Virus record (IMG/VR): IMGVR_UViG_3300006802_000105
Location: 1-59,753 of that record
Length of the DNA: 59,753 nt
Direction: 5' to 3' (one strand)
Source: a virus
Lineage: Duplodnaviria > Caudoviricetes
Part shown: one piece after another, positions 47,449 through 56,270 of the stretch
Position numbering within the stretch: the first letter of the stretch is position 1
How the letters are laid out: each line of letters starts with the position of its first letter
Translations under genes and position numbers: made by a program
The notes under the pieces: generated by a model
Seen by the model: only the letters and a program-made list of their open reading frames with translations
What the model was told of the DNA's origin: nothing
Databases searched by the model: none

Positions 47449-50190
47449 TTAGCACTCCCCATAGGAATAGCCGACGCCCGACTCGCAAGCCAGCGGCAAG
47501 CCTGCCGCCCATTTGGGGTTCCATGACATGCACTCCTCTACGTATGCTCTTGCTTCTTTAGCATCTGACTCCTTGGCAATGATGGCAACCGCGTCATGCA
47601 CGGTCAGCACCACCTTGTACCGCTTGGCGATACGCAGCATCTGCTCCGCAACAACGCAGCGGGCGACGGCCTGAGTGAAGTTCTCCACGCAGTTATGAAC
47701 TAGAAATGGTCCCTCAGAACCTCGGACCACGAAGCGCGTTCTGGGTCCTGCATTGAGGAGGTCATAGACAGGTTCCGGTGCCATCGGTATAGAAGAGTGG
47801 ATCGCGGCACCCCCGTTATGGACTGCGCTTTCGCCATGTCTATCGGTAGCGCTCCGCGCCGATTCCCCGCTTGTATTTTGTACGACACCCAACGGCAGTT
47901 CTCCGGTGTGTAGTCCCCTGAGTTGTCTGTTCGATCCAACGTCAACCCCGGCTGATACGAAGGCCCCATGTCTGCCCAAAATGCCTCGAACGATTGCTCC
48001 CACCGCGTACACACCCTTATCCCACGCCCGCCGTAGTTGTGCCACGCCTGATGCGAAGGTAGCCGACATCGATCCCTCATAGACCTCCACACCCAATATG
48101 CTGGATGGCCCGAAAGTCCGTGCGATTTCGACTTCTGCCCGACGGCACATCCGCAAGACGGGTTCCCGCCCCGCTTGGCGTACTTCACCACATCTATCGC
48201 GGTGCGCGTTACCAATGTCCCGCACTGGCACTGGAACTCCCAAACTGAACGTCTCTCGGCTCCCGCATACCTCACTGCCGTCAGGCATCCAAAAGTCTGC
48301 CCCGTGTAGTCCCTCGCACGATGATGCACTTTGCCACCCTTCTGTTGTAAGTACGTTGTGATCTGGCGTCATGCGGACACCGTTAAGTACGATGGTAATC
48401 TTTTCACCTTGATATGTCAACCCGCTATGGTTGACCCACTCAACACCGTCCCACACTCGGTCCTGTACCGTAACGGAGGCTATCTGAATCCACCCGCGCT
48501 CAGTGAGCACTTCAGTATCGGCCGCTAGGCACTTGCCGCCGTATATGTAGACCGGCAAGCATTTCGATATGTAGCGCCACTGGTTCTTCTCTTCGCCCTC
48601 GGCGTTCTTCATGAGTACGCGCTTGAGGTCAGGGTATCGGATGAACAACCCGCTTGGTAGCGTCAGCCCTTCGTCAGGTACGACGTTGACGACGCCCGGT
48701 ACATCGACCCGCATTGCATTGCCCATTGCCAGCGCCCGCAGCGCAGCCTCGCCCTGCCTCCACAACTCTGGAATCTTCGGGTACGTGGCGCGGTACTTAT
48801 CGACGATGCGCTTGGCCTCCTCCTCGGACACATCCACCTTGGCTTGCATCTTCAGGAACGCCCGCAGCTTCTTGTGCCCGACACCGTAGCCCGCACCAAG
48901 AATGACGGTCTTGCCCACCTGCCGCTGCCCCGGGTCGATCTGATCCACAGGCACGTCGTAGATGGAGCTTGCCATGATCTTGTACACATCCTGCTTGTCT
49001 GCAAACGCTTGTACCAAGTCATGCTGCCCAGCCAGCCACGCCAGCGTGCGGGCTTCGATCTGCGAAGAGTCGCAGTCAATCACAACATGCCCGGGCGGTG
49101 CCATGATTGCCCTCTTGATGCGCCCTGCGCTGGGTCCACGCGCTGGCAAGTTCTGGAGGTTCACGGAGTCCTGCCCGCTCCACCTACCTGAGTGTGCGCC
49201 GTAGTACCGCAATGGCACAGGGAACGCCCCGCGCTCGGCCATGCCGATGAACCGTTGCGTGCGTGTCTCTTCCAGCGTTGTCTTGTTCCCTAACCGTGCA
49301 GCAACAAGTCCCTGCACATCCGGGTCGGAATGCTCCTCCAACGCCTTGAAATCCTCATCCGTCTTTGCAAACGCATAAGTCATCTTGCCTGTAGTGGGGC
49401 TGCGCTTCATGGGCGGCTCGACGTTGAACCGACGCAGCAAGTCCGCGAACTTGTCATTGGACATCAGCAGCTTCTTGATACCGTCAATGCCCTCGGTGTA
49501 CACCGCATGTACGTAATCCGGGTCACCGCCCGCCAGCATCATGTCGCGTACCCTGTCCAGCAGTGCTTCCTTGCGGTCTACAACATCTTTCAGATGCGTT
49601 TGCAGCGCCGCCTTGTCCAGCACCAGCACGGGCTCCACGAACATCCGCAGCGTAAGGTCGATAAGCTCCAGTTCCTGCCGGGGGAAGCCCATTCCCATGT
49701 ACTTACAGAACAGAGAGTAGGTTAGCTCCGTGTCGTTCTTGCAGTACTCCCCGTAGCGCTCCAAGGCTTCCGTGCCAAAGTCCGCGTAGCGAAGGCCCAG
49801 TGCATGGATTACCTCGTCTCCCTTGGCACCGATGTCGGCCCGCGCGGCTTGCGCTGCAAGGCTATGTGACTGCGCGTGCGGGAACAACGCACGGGACATA
49901 CCCAGCGTATCCAGCCACGCCTTCGGCTGCACTCCGTAGTGCCAGTGCAGAATGGCCGCATCAAACGCCGTGTTCTGGCACACAACAAACTTGCTCGACC
50001 AGTCTATGCTCTTCAGCACTTCGGCTACTTGCGGCTTTGGATACCACTGCGCCGGGGCATCGTCGATCTTGAGGCTGAGTCCAATCACCTCGAACTCCGG
50101 GCTACGAACGTACTCCTCGGTAGTGATCTTGCTAAGACTGAACTCCCTGCTGTAGTAAGTCTCGATGTCGATTGTCACGATCTGGGGCAT
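47449..50190 (-). CDS. polA: Family A DNA polymerase, intein-containing
   Basis: Exo I DIET, Exo II NTAFD, Exo III YCKND; motif A DSSQIEAR, motif [15 protein letters not shown], motif C TVHD. Confidence 0.93.
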   Translation of the reverse strand: MPQIVTIDIETYYSREFSLSKITTEEYVRSPEFEVIGLSLKIDDAPAQWYPKPQVAEVLKSIDWSSKFVVCQNTAFDAAILHWHYGVQPKAWLDTLGMSRALFPHAQSHSLAAQAARADIGAKGDEVIHALGLRYADFGTEALERYGEYCKNDTELTYSLFCKYMGMGFPRQELELIDLTLRMFVEPVLVLDKAALQTHLKDVVDRKEALLDRVRDMMLAGGDPDYVHAVYTEGIDGIKKLLMSNDKFADLLRRFNVEPPMKRSPTTGKMTYAFAKTDEDFKALEEHSDPDVQGLVAARLGNKTTLEETRTQRFIGMAERGAFPVPLRYYGAHSGRWSGQDSVNLQNLPARGPSAGRIKRAIMAPPGHVVIDCDSSQIEARTLAWLAGQHDLVQAFADKQDVYKIMASSIYDVPVDQIDPGQRQVGKTVILGAGYGVGHKKLRAFLKMQAKVDVSEEEAKRIVDKYRATYPKIPELWRQGEAALRALAMGNAMRVDVPGVVNVVPDEGLTLPSGLFIRYPDLKRVLMKNAEGEEKNQWRYISKCLPVYIYGGKCLAADTEVLTERGWIQIASVTVQDRVWDGVEWVNHSGLTYQGEKITIVLNGVRMTPDHNVLTTEGWQSASSCEGLHGADFWMPDGSEVCGSRETFSLGVPVPVRDIGNAHRDRCGEVRQAGREPVLRMCRRAEVEIARTFGPSSILGVEVYEGSMSATFASGVAQLRRAWDKGVYAVGAIVRGILGRHGAFVSAGVDVGSNRQLRGLHTGELPLGVVQNTSGESARSATDRHGESAVHNGGAAIHSSIPMAPEPVYDLLNAGPRTRFVVRGSEGPFLVHNCVENFTQAVARCVVAEQMLRIAKRYKVVLTVHDAVAIIAKESDAKEARAYVEECMSWNPKWAAGLPLACESGVGYSYGEC
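47692..48531 (-). mobile_element. Intein (280 aa; residues 554-833) in the DNA polymerase
   Basis: Block [11 protein letters not shown], block B MTPDH, block F PVYDL...FVV, block G VHN/C; removal restores [15 protein letters not shown]. Confidence 0.93.
47700..48329 (-). CDS. HNH homing endonuclease nested out-of-frame inside the intein
   Basis: [11 protein letters not shown]...CQCG...SCGC...HG...W.SMRDRC...[20 protein letters not shown]...TLDRTDN.G.Y.PENCRW...Q..N; GTG start; +1 frame relative to polA. Confidence 0.9.
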   Translation of the reverse strand: MHHRARDYTGQTFGCLTAVRYAGAERRSVWEFQCQCGTLVTRTAIDVVKYAKRGGNPSCGCAVGQKSKSHGLSGHPAYWVWRSMRDRCRLPSHQAWHNYGGRGIRVCTRWEQSFEAFWADMGPSYQPGLTLDRTDNSGDYTPENCRWVSYKIQAGNRRGALPIDMAKAQSITGVPRSTLLYRWHRNLSMTSSMQDPERASWSEVLRDHF

Positions 50191-50326
50191 TGGTTCTCCA
50201 AGGTTGGTTTGTTTTGAGCGCGTACCGCTTACGGTCGCGCTCTCGTTTTGCAGCTAATTGCTGTTCTTCTTTAGCAGCGGCAACGGCTCCACCTTGGAGC
50301 GCGTTGCGTACATCTTTGATGGTCAT
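50132..50326 (-). CDS. Hypothetical protein
   Basis: ATGA-coupled to VRR-NUC; overlaps the polA start. Confidence 0.5.
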   Translation of the reverse strand: MTIKDVRNALQGGAVAAAKEEQQLAAKRERDRKRYALKTNQPWRTNAPDRDNRHRDLLQQGVQS

Positions 50327-50619
50327 GGCCGCTTCTTGAGCGTCTCGATTGTATGGGGCAGCGCCGCCACCCCATCCTCGTTTACCACTATCGCCACGCC
50401 ACCTGCCTTGGTAATTGCGGCGATCTCTCTGTCTTGCAGCACAGTCGTCTTACCCGCACCCGCCTTGCATTCGATAGCCAAGTAGCGCCCATCCACGCAG
50501 CAGATGATGTCGGGGATGCCGACCCGCCCGTAGCCATTGGCGGCGGGGGAAAAATGGTACACCCCATGTGCGTCAAGGATCTTCTTTACCGCAGTCTTAA
50601 CCTTTGCTTCAGGGGTCAC
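50323..50619 (-). CDS. VRR-NUC / Holliday junction resolvase-like nuclease
   Basis: TPEAKVK...GIPDII...AIECKAG...LQ...I...GG. Confidence 0.88.
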   Translation of the reverse strand: MTPEAKVKTAVKKILDAHGVYHFSPAANGYGRVGIPDIICCVDGRYLAIECKAGAGKTTVLQDREIAAITKAGGVAIVVNEDGVAALPHTIETLKKRP

Positions 50620-50816
50620 TTCCAGTCATCCTCCGCGTTTTTGGCACGCTGCCGCAGCATCTTCATGGCGTCTTTGAGGTCGAGCCTGAGTTGCTCGATT
50701 GCTGCCTCCTGAGCTTGCAGCTTCAGGTACGCATCCTGTGCGAACCGCACAAGTGTTTCAAGATTCCACGCGCCAAAGTTGGGGATGTCAGGTTTATCCC
50801 GCTGCCCTTGAGTCAT
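50616..50816 (-). CDS. Small coiled-coil hypothetical protein
   Basis: Probable ATG 50816 coupled to the upstream stop; 'PNFGAWNLETLVRFA'. Confidence 0.6.
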   Translation of the reverse strand: MTQGQRDKPDIPNFGAWNLETLVRFAQDAYLKLQAQEAAIEQLRLDLKDAMKMLRQRAKNAEDDWK

Positions 50817-51031
50817 CACGCATCTCCTTTCAGTTCGAGTTCGATTAACTTCTCCAGATAGTGCCTCGCCTTGCGTAGGTCTTCGACGCCGCCCTTGTCG
50901 CGCCACCTCGAAACGTACTTAACGATGTTGCCCTCGAAGTACCCTAGCTTGTTAGCTGCGATGTAGTCCCACGGCTGAATCGCTTGCCCTTTATAGTGGA
51001 TGCCGCCGACTTGCGTGCTGTTTGCTGTCAT
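50816..51031 (-). CDS. DUF3310-like protein
   Basis: QVGG.HY...GNIVKYVSRW..KGGVEDLRKA.HYL; GGAG RBS before ATG 51031. Confidence 0.85.
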   Translation of the reverse strand: MTANSTQVGGIHYKGQAIQPWDYIAANKLGYFEGNIVKYVSRWRDKGGVEDLRKARHYLEKLIELELKGDA

Positions 51032-51176
51032 GACTTCTCCGTTGTTTGTCAGGCACAACGATCTCCTGCGTTGTAAACCTGTGCTTGTTGCCGCACTCAT
51101 ACCTGCGCCGCTTGCCCTTGGGGTTCGTGCGCGTCTCCATGACTTCCGTCCACGCCCCGCATTCGGGGCATCTCAC
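50991..51176 (-). CDS. Zn-ribbon protein (similar to the NrdR N-terminal ribbon)
   Basis: CPECG..T.V.ETR...RRRYEC...HRFTT.E. Confidence 0.75.
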   Translation of the reverse strand: MRCPECGAWTEVMETRTNPKGKRRRYECGNKHRFTTQEIVVPDKQRRSHDSKQHASRRHPL

Positions 51177-51349
51177 TTGTTGTCCCTAGCGGGGTTATAC
51201 ACCGGGCGCGTCCACAAGTTGTTTTCCGGCGGCAGCGCCTCATGGGGGTGCCGCACACGCGGTACGTAGTCTCCCCACTTCGTGATGCGTCGCGCCCTTG
51301 CACTGAGTACGTGCGGCTTTTCCTGTGTGGGTTTGCTTGGTGGTTTCAT
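51173..51349 (-). CDS. 58-aa hypothetical (not in the ORF track)
   Basis: MKPPSKPTQEKP...RDNK; coupled at both ends. Confidence 0.5.
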   Translation of the reverse strand: MKPPSKPTQEKPHVLSARARRITKWGDYVPRVRHPHEALPPENNLWTRPVYNPARDNK

Positions 51350-51561
51350 GTATCACTCCTTGCTCGGATAGCTTTGGCGCACCGCCTTGCCTCTGCATCT
51401 TCGCGGTTACCGTGGCCTAAGTCTCGGGCTTCACAGACCTTTGCACACGCCTCGCGCTCATTCTGGGCAACAAGAGCGGCAAAGGCAAGCAAGTTGTCGG
51501 AGGCGCACAGAAGATCAAGCCCGTTGTACCTCGCCAAGCTCGTAATTTCGTCGCGGGTCAT
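51346..51561 (-). CDS. 'MTRDEI...EREACA' family small protein
   Basis: Paralog of 53003-53269. Confidence 0.7.
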   Translation of the reverse strand: MTRDEITSLARYNGLDLLCASDNLLAFAALVAQNEREACAKVCEARDLGHGNREDAEARRCAKAIRARSDT

Positions 51562-52256
51562 GCTGCAACCTCATAATCTTTAAACACGGCACCCAAGGAC
51601 GCATCACCCACTTTGCACGGGCGTACCCAGACGTTCTTACCGCTTCGCAGCCGCCTCAGATGTCCACGCCTGTCATGCAGCCGAGGTGATGCATGGGTTC
51701 CTCCTTGTGGCTCCGCCTTTGACTGCGCCGGTTTGATGACGACAGTACGCCAGTCATAAGTCGGAGCTTTTCCGGCTGCGATCTTTCGTCGGTTTGTCCA
51801 GGTAGGCTGTAGTCTAGGACTATGCATTTCGCACCCGGCAGACATGGCTGCGTACCACTTTGACAGCAAGCCAAGGATCGTCCTTGCTACATCCTCGTCC
51901 ATCTGATCGTTCTCATTTGCAGGCCCGTACTTGATAACGTCTCCATCAATGGCGTAGACAAGCATTGGGAAATCCTTTGGCATTTGTCCATACGGCCCCT
52001 TCCACATCGTGACCACAATGCCCTCATGCGGATCTTGTCCAGCAACAATCATCATGAGGTCATAAACAACATGATTTCTGGACGGCCCACGGTAAACGAC
52101 AAAATTCCTCTCGAACGGCGGGCGACACTCCATCAAAAAGTCTCTTTCGCCAGGCCCATCATCCAACGCGGATATGTCAAACCATTGCAGTTCGCTCGGG
52201 TCAAGACCGCCATCAATGACTAAGCCCATGGCATCTCTAATTGCTTGAGTTGTCAT
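51558..52256 (-). CDS. Phage hypothetical protein
   Basis: C-terminal 'HASPRLHDRRGHLR...VWV...VG' motif. Confidence 0.75.
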   Translation of the reverse strand: MTTQAIRDAMGLVIDGGLDPSELQWFDISALDDGPGERDFLMECRPPFERNFVVYRGPSRNHVVYDLMMIVAGQDPHEGIVVTMWKGPYGQMPKDFPMLVYAIDGDVIKYGPANENDQMDEDVARTILGLLSKWYAAMSAGCEMHSPRLQPTWTNRRKIAAGKAPTYDWRTVVIKPAQSKAEPQGGTHASPRLHDRRGHLRRLRSGKNVWVRPCKVGDASLGAVFKDYEVAA

Positions 52257-52486
52257 ATCAAACCCGGTTCAATCACTGTCCAACCGGCCTCGCGCAGCGC
52301 CTTGTTCTCAACAGCAATCCTGCTCCCATCTTGCCGCAATGCATCGATCTCGTCGGCTAGCGGAGCGCATTCAGCAGCGGCGACAAGGGCAGCGAAGTAA
52401 TGCTGCTGCGTCGTAAAACCAAGGCGCATGCCTTCAGCATCATCTTGGCTTTGCAGCCACATCTTGTTTATGTCGTCGCGGGTCAT
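52253..52486 (-). CDS. 'MTRDDI...FAALVAAAE' family small protein
   Basis: ATGA-coupled. Confidence 0.65.
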   Translation of the reverse strand: MTRDDINKMWLQSQDDAEGMRLGFTTQQHYFAALVAAAECAPLADEIDALRQDGSRIAVENKALREAGWTVIEPGLI

Positions 52487-52671
52487 GCTTGCCCTCCTTG
52501 CTTGATGCGCTCCATGTGCGCGAAATACTCACGCGGAAGGGCGTTGTGTTTGTAGAGGTCGCGCAACAGCGGCATGGACAAATCCGGAATGGATTCCAGC
52601 ATGACCTCCGCATATCGACCAAACTCTGGTGACTCGGCGGCGGCTTTGGCGAGGATGGTTTCAAGCCTCAT
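52483..52671 (-). CDS. Hypothetical protein ending IKQGGQA
   Basis: Flanked by junction repeats. Confidence 0.6.
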   Translation of the reverse strand: MRLETILAKAAAESPEFGRYAEVMLESIPDLSMPLLRDLYKHNALPREYFAHMERIKQGGQA

Positions 52672-52778
52672 GTCTGCCGCCCTCCTTGCTTGATGCCGAC
52701 AGGCTCACCCATGAACGTCGGACTTTCGCGTTCGTGGATGGCGTTCATGGCGCTGCGGTACTCGCCAATCGTCTTCAT
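52668..52778 (-). CDS. 36-aa ORF ending GIKQGGRQT (not in the ORF track)
   Basis: MKTIGEYRSAMNAIHERESPTFMGEPVGIKQGGRQT; ATGA-coupled. Confidence 0.45.
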   Translation of the reverse strand: MKTIGEYRSAMNAIHERESPTFMGEPVGIKQGGRQT

Positions 52779-52790
52779 CGCCCCGTCCCA

Positions 52791-53003
52791 TCATTCAACT
52801 CCGAAATGTTCTTTGATAAATTCTGCCGATGACACGGAGCCATTGTTGTAATTGTCAGCACCGTCAAATTGGTTCTTCATACAAATATCAATACATTCCC
52901 GGACAATCAACTCGGCGAACTTTTCCAATTTAGTAGGAACATTGTTGGGATTATGCACTAACAATCCAGCTTCATTGGCGAGTTCTTTAATTCGTTCGTT
53001 CAT
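52791..53003 (-). CDS. 'MNERIKELA...EKFAELIVREC...IKEHFGVE' family small protein
   Basis: AT-rich ORF with a recognisable phage small-protein pattern. Confidence 0.75.
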   Translation of the reverse strand: MNERIKELANEAGLLVHNPNNVPTKLEKFAELIVRECIDICMKNQFDGADNYNNGSVSSAEFIKEHFGVE

Positions 53004-53269
53004 TATTTGGTTCCATAATACTTTTCAACTAACGTAGGTGCTTTTTTACCAATTGCACGAATAGCAGCAGCACATCTACGAGCTTCTGCATCTTCACGGT
53101 TAAAGTAACCCTGGTCTCGAGCTTCACATAGTCGAGCACACGCCTCGCGTTCAGCAGCGGCGACAAGTGCGGCGAAGTTGATGAAAAACGACTCCCACAG
53201 TTCAGGCAGCGGGTTGTCTTTGAACGCGCCAGCCTCCCGCGCTAACTGAATAATTTCTTCATGAGTCAT
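53003..53269 (-). CDS. 'EREACA' family small protein
   Basis: Shares EREACAxxCEARDxGxxNREDAEARRCAxAIRA with 51346-51561. Confidence 0.7.
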   Translation of the reverse strand: MTHEEIIQLAREAGAFKDNPLPELWESFFINFAALVAAAEREACARLCEARDQGYFNREDAEARRCAAAIRAIGKKAPTLVEKYYGTK

Positions 53270-53493
53270 TGTTGATCTCCTTCAATACGTAGGGCGCGGA
53301 GGTCAGTGGCAAACACAGCCCGTGCGTTCCACGCACTGAGGTCGTCATGCACCACGGTGTTTTCGATCTGAGTTGCAGCATGCTCCAGTGCCTCCCTCAT
53401 GGCCTCACGCTGCAAATCTTTGATCTCCGCAAGCGACAGCAATTGGCATTCCTCGTCCTTGTACGGCCAGATCAACTTCGGCAGGGGGATCAT
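53266..53493 (-). CDS. Hypothetical protein
   Basis: ATGA-coupled. Confidence 0.6.
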   Translation of the reverse strand: MIPLPKLIWPYKDEECQLLSLAEIKDLQREAMREALEHAATQIENTVVHDDLSAWNARAVFATDLRALRIEGDQQ

Positions 53494-53837
53494 GCTTGCC
53501 CTCCTTGCTTGATGCCGTATTCCTCCCCATCACCCGCCTCTGCCTGCCGAGGGCGGCGGAACGGGCCGCAGAGGGCATACACGGCGTTCTGAACCAGCGC
53601 GTCGGGATCAAAGTCCGGCGCTTGCCCGCGATTCGTTGCGCCGCGCACCGCGTACCTGATTGCAGCGACGACCGTTTCCCGATCCGCCTGCGTCAAGATC
53701 GGATTCGGCAACTCAATTGGTTCGTCCTCGCCATCGCGGTACTCCCAAGGGGCATACAGCCAATGTTTTTGAGGGAGCGGGTACGAGATGACGCCAAAGG
53801 CGCTGCCATCGGGAAGAAGTGTGATTTCATTGCTCAT
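53490..53837 (-). CDS. Hypothetical protein ending GIKQGGQA
   Basis: 'RYAVRGAT..G...DFDPDALVQN'. Confidence 0.7.
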   Translation of the reverse strand: MSNEITLLPDGSAFGVISYPLPQKHWLYAPWEYRDGEDEPIELPNPILTQADRETVVAAIRYAVRGATNRGQAPDFDPDALVQNAVYALCGPFRRPRQAEAGDGEEYGIKQGGQA

Positions 53838-54073
53838 AACGCACCCCCAGTCGCCTTGGCGATGGCGGCGCGGGATTGCTCTTTTGCCAACAACCAGTCC
53901 ACCACCTCGGGGTCAAACAGCTTGTGCGCTTCGGTCAACTCGATCCAGCGACCGGAACTGTCCTCAACCCGGCAGACGCCGCCATCATTCAGCAAGAACG
54001 AGTAGCGCGGCAGGGCACACATGGCTTTGCGCAGGGCTTCCACGGCTGCGTCGTACTCTCGTTTCTCGGTCAT
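53834..54073 (-). CDS. Hypothetical protein ending RAAIAKATG
   Basis: ATGA-coupled. Confidence 0.6.
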   Translation of the reverse strand: MTEKREYDAAVEALRKAMCALPRYSFLLNDGGVCRVEDSSGRWIELTEAHKLFDPEVVDWLLAKEQSRAAIAKATGGAL

Positions 54074-54237
54074 GACGCCAACCTTTCTCCTGTTTCGTAA
54101 GACTCACGCCCGTCCATTGAGTGATGCACCCAGACATCGGGAAAATCATCGTCTTCGATTGGTTTGCACCAACAGTCCACGCTGGCAATGTGCTCACGCA
54201 GGTCATTGAGCGGCACGACGTGTACGGCTTCGGTCAT
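54070..54237 (-). CDS. 55-aa His/Cys protein (not in the ORF track)
   Basis: MTEAVHVVPLNDLREH...CWCKP...VHHSMDGRESYE; coupled at both ends. Confidence 0.7.
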   Translation of the reverse strand: MTEAVHVVPLNDLREHIASVDCWCKPIEDDDFPDVWVHHSMDGRESYETGERLAS

Positions 54238-54539
54238 GCTTGCCCCTCCGCTTTCTTGATGGCGGCGCGGCCCAGGTCGATCTCGTCGAGTGCCCGGTTG
54301 AATTCGTCGGACTCCGAAAAGCCTGTGCCATCTATGCGATCAGTTAGCGCATCAAGCGCATGGACGGCGTCGCGCACTCTTTCCAGTAGCATCTGATTCA
54401 CAGCATGCAGGCGGCGCAGTTCGGCGGCGGCGTACAGCGGCTCACACTCGGAACAATCGCTACCCGTTGGGGCATCGTAGTATTCGTACCCGTCCTCATG
54501 CAGGTGGCGGTAAGCCACTGCCTTCTGTTCTGTTGTCAT
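54234..54539 (-). CDS. Hypothetical protein ending RAAIKKAEGQA
   Basis: 'AAELRRLH' module. Confidence 0.65.
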   Translation of the reverse strand: MTTEQKAVAYRHLHEDGYEYYDAPTGSDCSECEPLYAAAELRRLHAVNQMLLERVRDAVHALDALTDRIDGTGFSESDEFNRALDEIDLGRAAIKKAEGQA

Positions 54540-54631
54540 AACGGACTCTCCTCGTAGTTGTCCGGGTTAAACGGGATAGGCCGCGCCGGGACAGGCGGCG
54601 GCAGTTTGGTGGGGAAGGGCCACGTACGCAT
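54536..54631 (-). CDS. 31-aa Pro-rich peptide (WPFP)
   Basis: MRTWPFPTKLPPPVPARPIPFNPDNYEESPL; coupled at both ends. Confidence 0.55.
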   Translation of the reverse strand: MRTWPFPTKLPPPVPARPIPFNPDNYEESPL

Positions 54632-54825
54632 CACTTCTCCAGCTTCGCAAGAAAAGATTTCAGCCGCTTGCAGCGAGACTCGTTGTAGTCGATGAGCGAC
54701 TGTGCGTATTCCTTATGCGTCATGGCAGTCAGCAGTTCCAGTTCCGCATCGGCAAGTTCTTTGGACGCAACCTCGGCGGGGGTGAGTCGGCGCATGACGC
54801 GCTTGAGTGCGTTTAGTAAAGTCAT
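54631..54825 (-). CDS. Small helical hypothetical protein
   Basis: GGAG RBS. Confidence 0.65.
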   Translation of the reverse strand: MTLLNALKRVMRRLTPAEVASKELADAELELLTAMTHKEYAQSLIDYNESRCKRLKSFLAKLEK

Positions 54826-54983
54826 TTGTATTCTCCGTAGTTGGTAAGGGTGCTGGGTTGTGCGTTCCCTGCCCAGCGCAGGGTAGGGGAGCGCAGTGTG
54901 GGGGTACTAGCTAGGGGGCCGCACACTGCCATCGCTGTCCATCGTAGACGCACCCATCAGGAGCGACGATGCAAGAACCCCCC

Positions 54984-55382
54984 TCACTTGTTCGGGTCAA
55001 ACACCTCGCGCAGTTGCAAGTACAGGCGACGGGCTTCCGCCAGTGGCAGGGCGTCGATGTCGATCTTGGCGGGTGCGGATGCAGCCACGGGTGCTACAAC
55101 CTCCACGGGTTCCGTCGGGGCCACGGTGGCTACGGGTTTCTCTTTAGACATAGCGCGTTTATCCTCGCAAAAGTAAATGAAGCGAGAGACGCGACGGGCG
55201 TCGGACTCTCGGTAGTAGTGTGCGCGTTCACGGCGCACAAGTTTATACCGCGTCAACCGCAGCATCGTAGTCGCAATGCCATTGGGCGTGCCGCCAAGCG
55301 TAGCGGCAATATCCTCCGAGTCAACGCCGGGGTTCTTGCGGACTTCTGCCAAAATCTCTTTGTACGAAACCATGTCTATCAC
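54984..55382 (-). CDS. Putative winged-helix DNA-binding protein
   Basis: 'ILAEVRKNPGVDSEDIAATLG...LRLTRYKLVRR'. Confidence 0.6.
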   Translation of the reverse strand: MIDMVSYKEILAEVRKNPGVDSEDIAATLGGTPNGIATTMLRLTRYKLVRRERAHYYRESDARRVSRFIYFCEDKRAMSKEKPVATVAPTEPVEVVAPVAASAPAKIDIDALPLAEARRLYLQLREVFDPNK

Positions 55383-56236
55383 TCCTCACTAACGACGACG
55401 ATGAACGTCTGGTCGCTAACCTTGATACCGATGTTACGCACCGGCACGTTTCGCTCCACCATCTTCAGGATGTTCATGTTGCGGAACTGTTCGGGCAGTT
55501 CATCCGCTGGGTACTTGGTAACCGCATCCTTGTACTTGACGTACCAACCCTGCGGGGTCACCGCAACAACGGCTACGTCTCCACCTGCCACCCGACGGAA
55601 GTGCTGGATGGTGTCGCGCTTCTCGACCGCTTCGTCGCGCGTTTCGAGCGTCTTGGCAGTATCACGCTTGGCAGCAACGCCGAACGTAGCCTCGTACTGG
55701 ATGAACTGCGCCTTGAACTGGGGCGACATGGCAAACGCAACAGCCGCCTCGGACAGTGCAGCGTCCGCACTATCGACTGCCTTGTCTGCGTAGTACATCG
55801 GAGTGTGCAGCGCACCAGAAACATCACCGGCAACTTCGTCGTACGCTTCCTCGTCAGTGCGTGGGTACACCGCCTCACGAATCTTGCGCAGGATAGGCGC
55901 AGCCTCTGCGTTGGAGAAGACGGTATCCCCGGAGCGTCTACGCCCCAGTCGATGCGCGTTGAGGTGCGGGATGTACGTCGATGCCCGACTCGACCACTGT
56001 ACCTCGACAGAGGCCAACCTTTCTTCGCCGTGGTAGATGAAGATCCGCGTGTCCAGGGTCTTGAACGTCCAGTCACGATGCTCCAGCGCAGCGTTGAAGA
56101 GAATCTTCCGCAGCGTATCGTGGTTGATGACGGTGTCGGCGGCATTTACCTTCACGTTTGGCAGTCCCGCACACATGGCCCACGTTACGTTGTGGATCAG
56201 GTTGTGTCGGGTGCGGGTCTTCTTAGATTCGCTCAT
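55379..56236 (-). CDS. Hypothetical protein
   Basis: 285 aa; AGGAG RBS. Confidence 0.75.
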   Translation of the reverse strand: MSESKKTRTRHNLIHNVTWAMCAGLPNVKVNAADTVINHDTLRKILFNAALEHRDWTFKTLDTRIFIYHGEERLASVEVQWSSRASTYIPHLNAHRLGRRRSGDTVFSNAEAAPILRKIREAVYPRTDEEAYDEVAGDVSGALHTPMYYADKAVDSADAALSEAAVAFAMSPQFKAQFIQYEATFGVAAKRDTAKTLETRDEAVEKRDTIQHFRRVAGGDVAVVAVTPQGWYVKYKDAVTKYPADELPEQFRNMNILKMVERNVPVRNIGIKVSDQTFIVVVSEE

Positions 56237-56257
56237 TTAATTTCTCCTGAAAGGTTT

Positions 56258-56270
56258 TCTAACGGTTAGA
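56258..56270. promoter_or_regulatory. Palindromic operator-like site (copy 2 of 3)
   Basis: TCTAACGGTTAGA upstream of the RBS of 56236. Confidence 0.7.

Noticed and set aside
47692-48531. Group I intron as the explanation of the polymerase insertion
   Set aside because: The insertion is in-frame, stop-free and has complete protein-splicing motifs at both ends.
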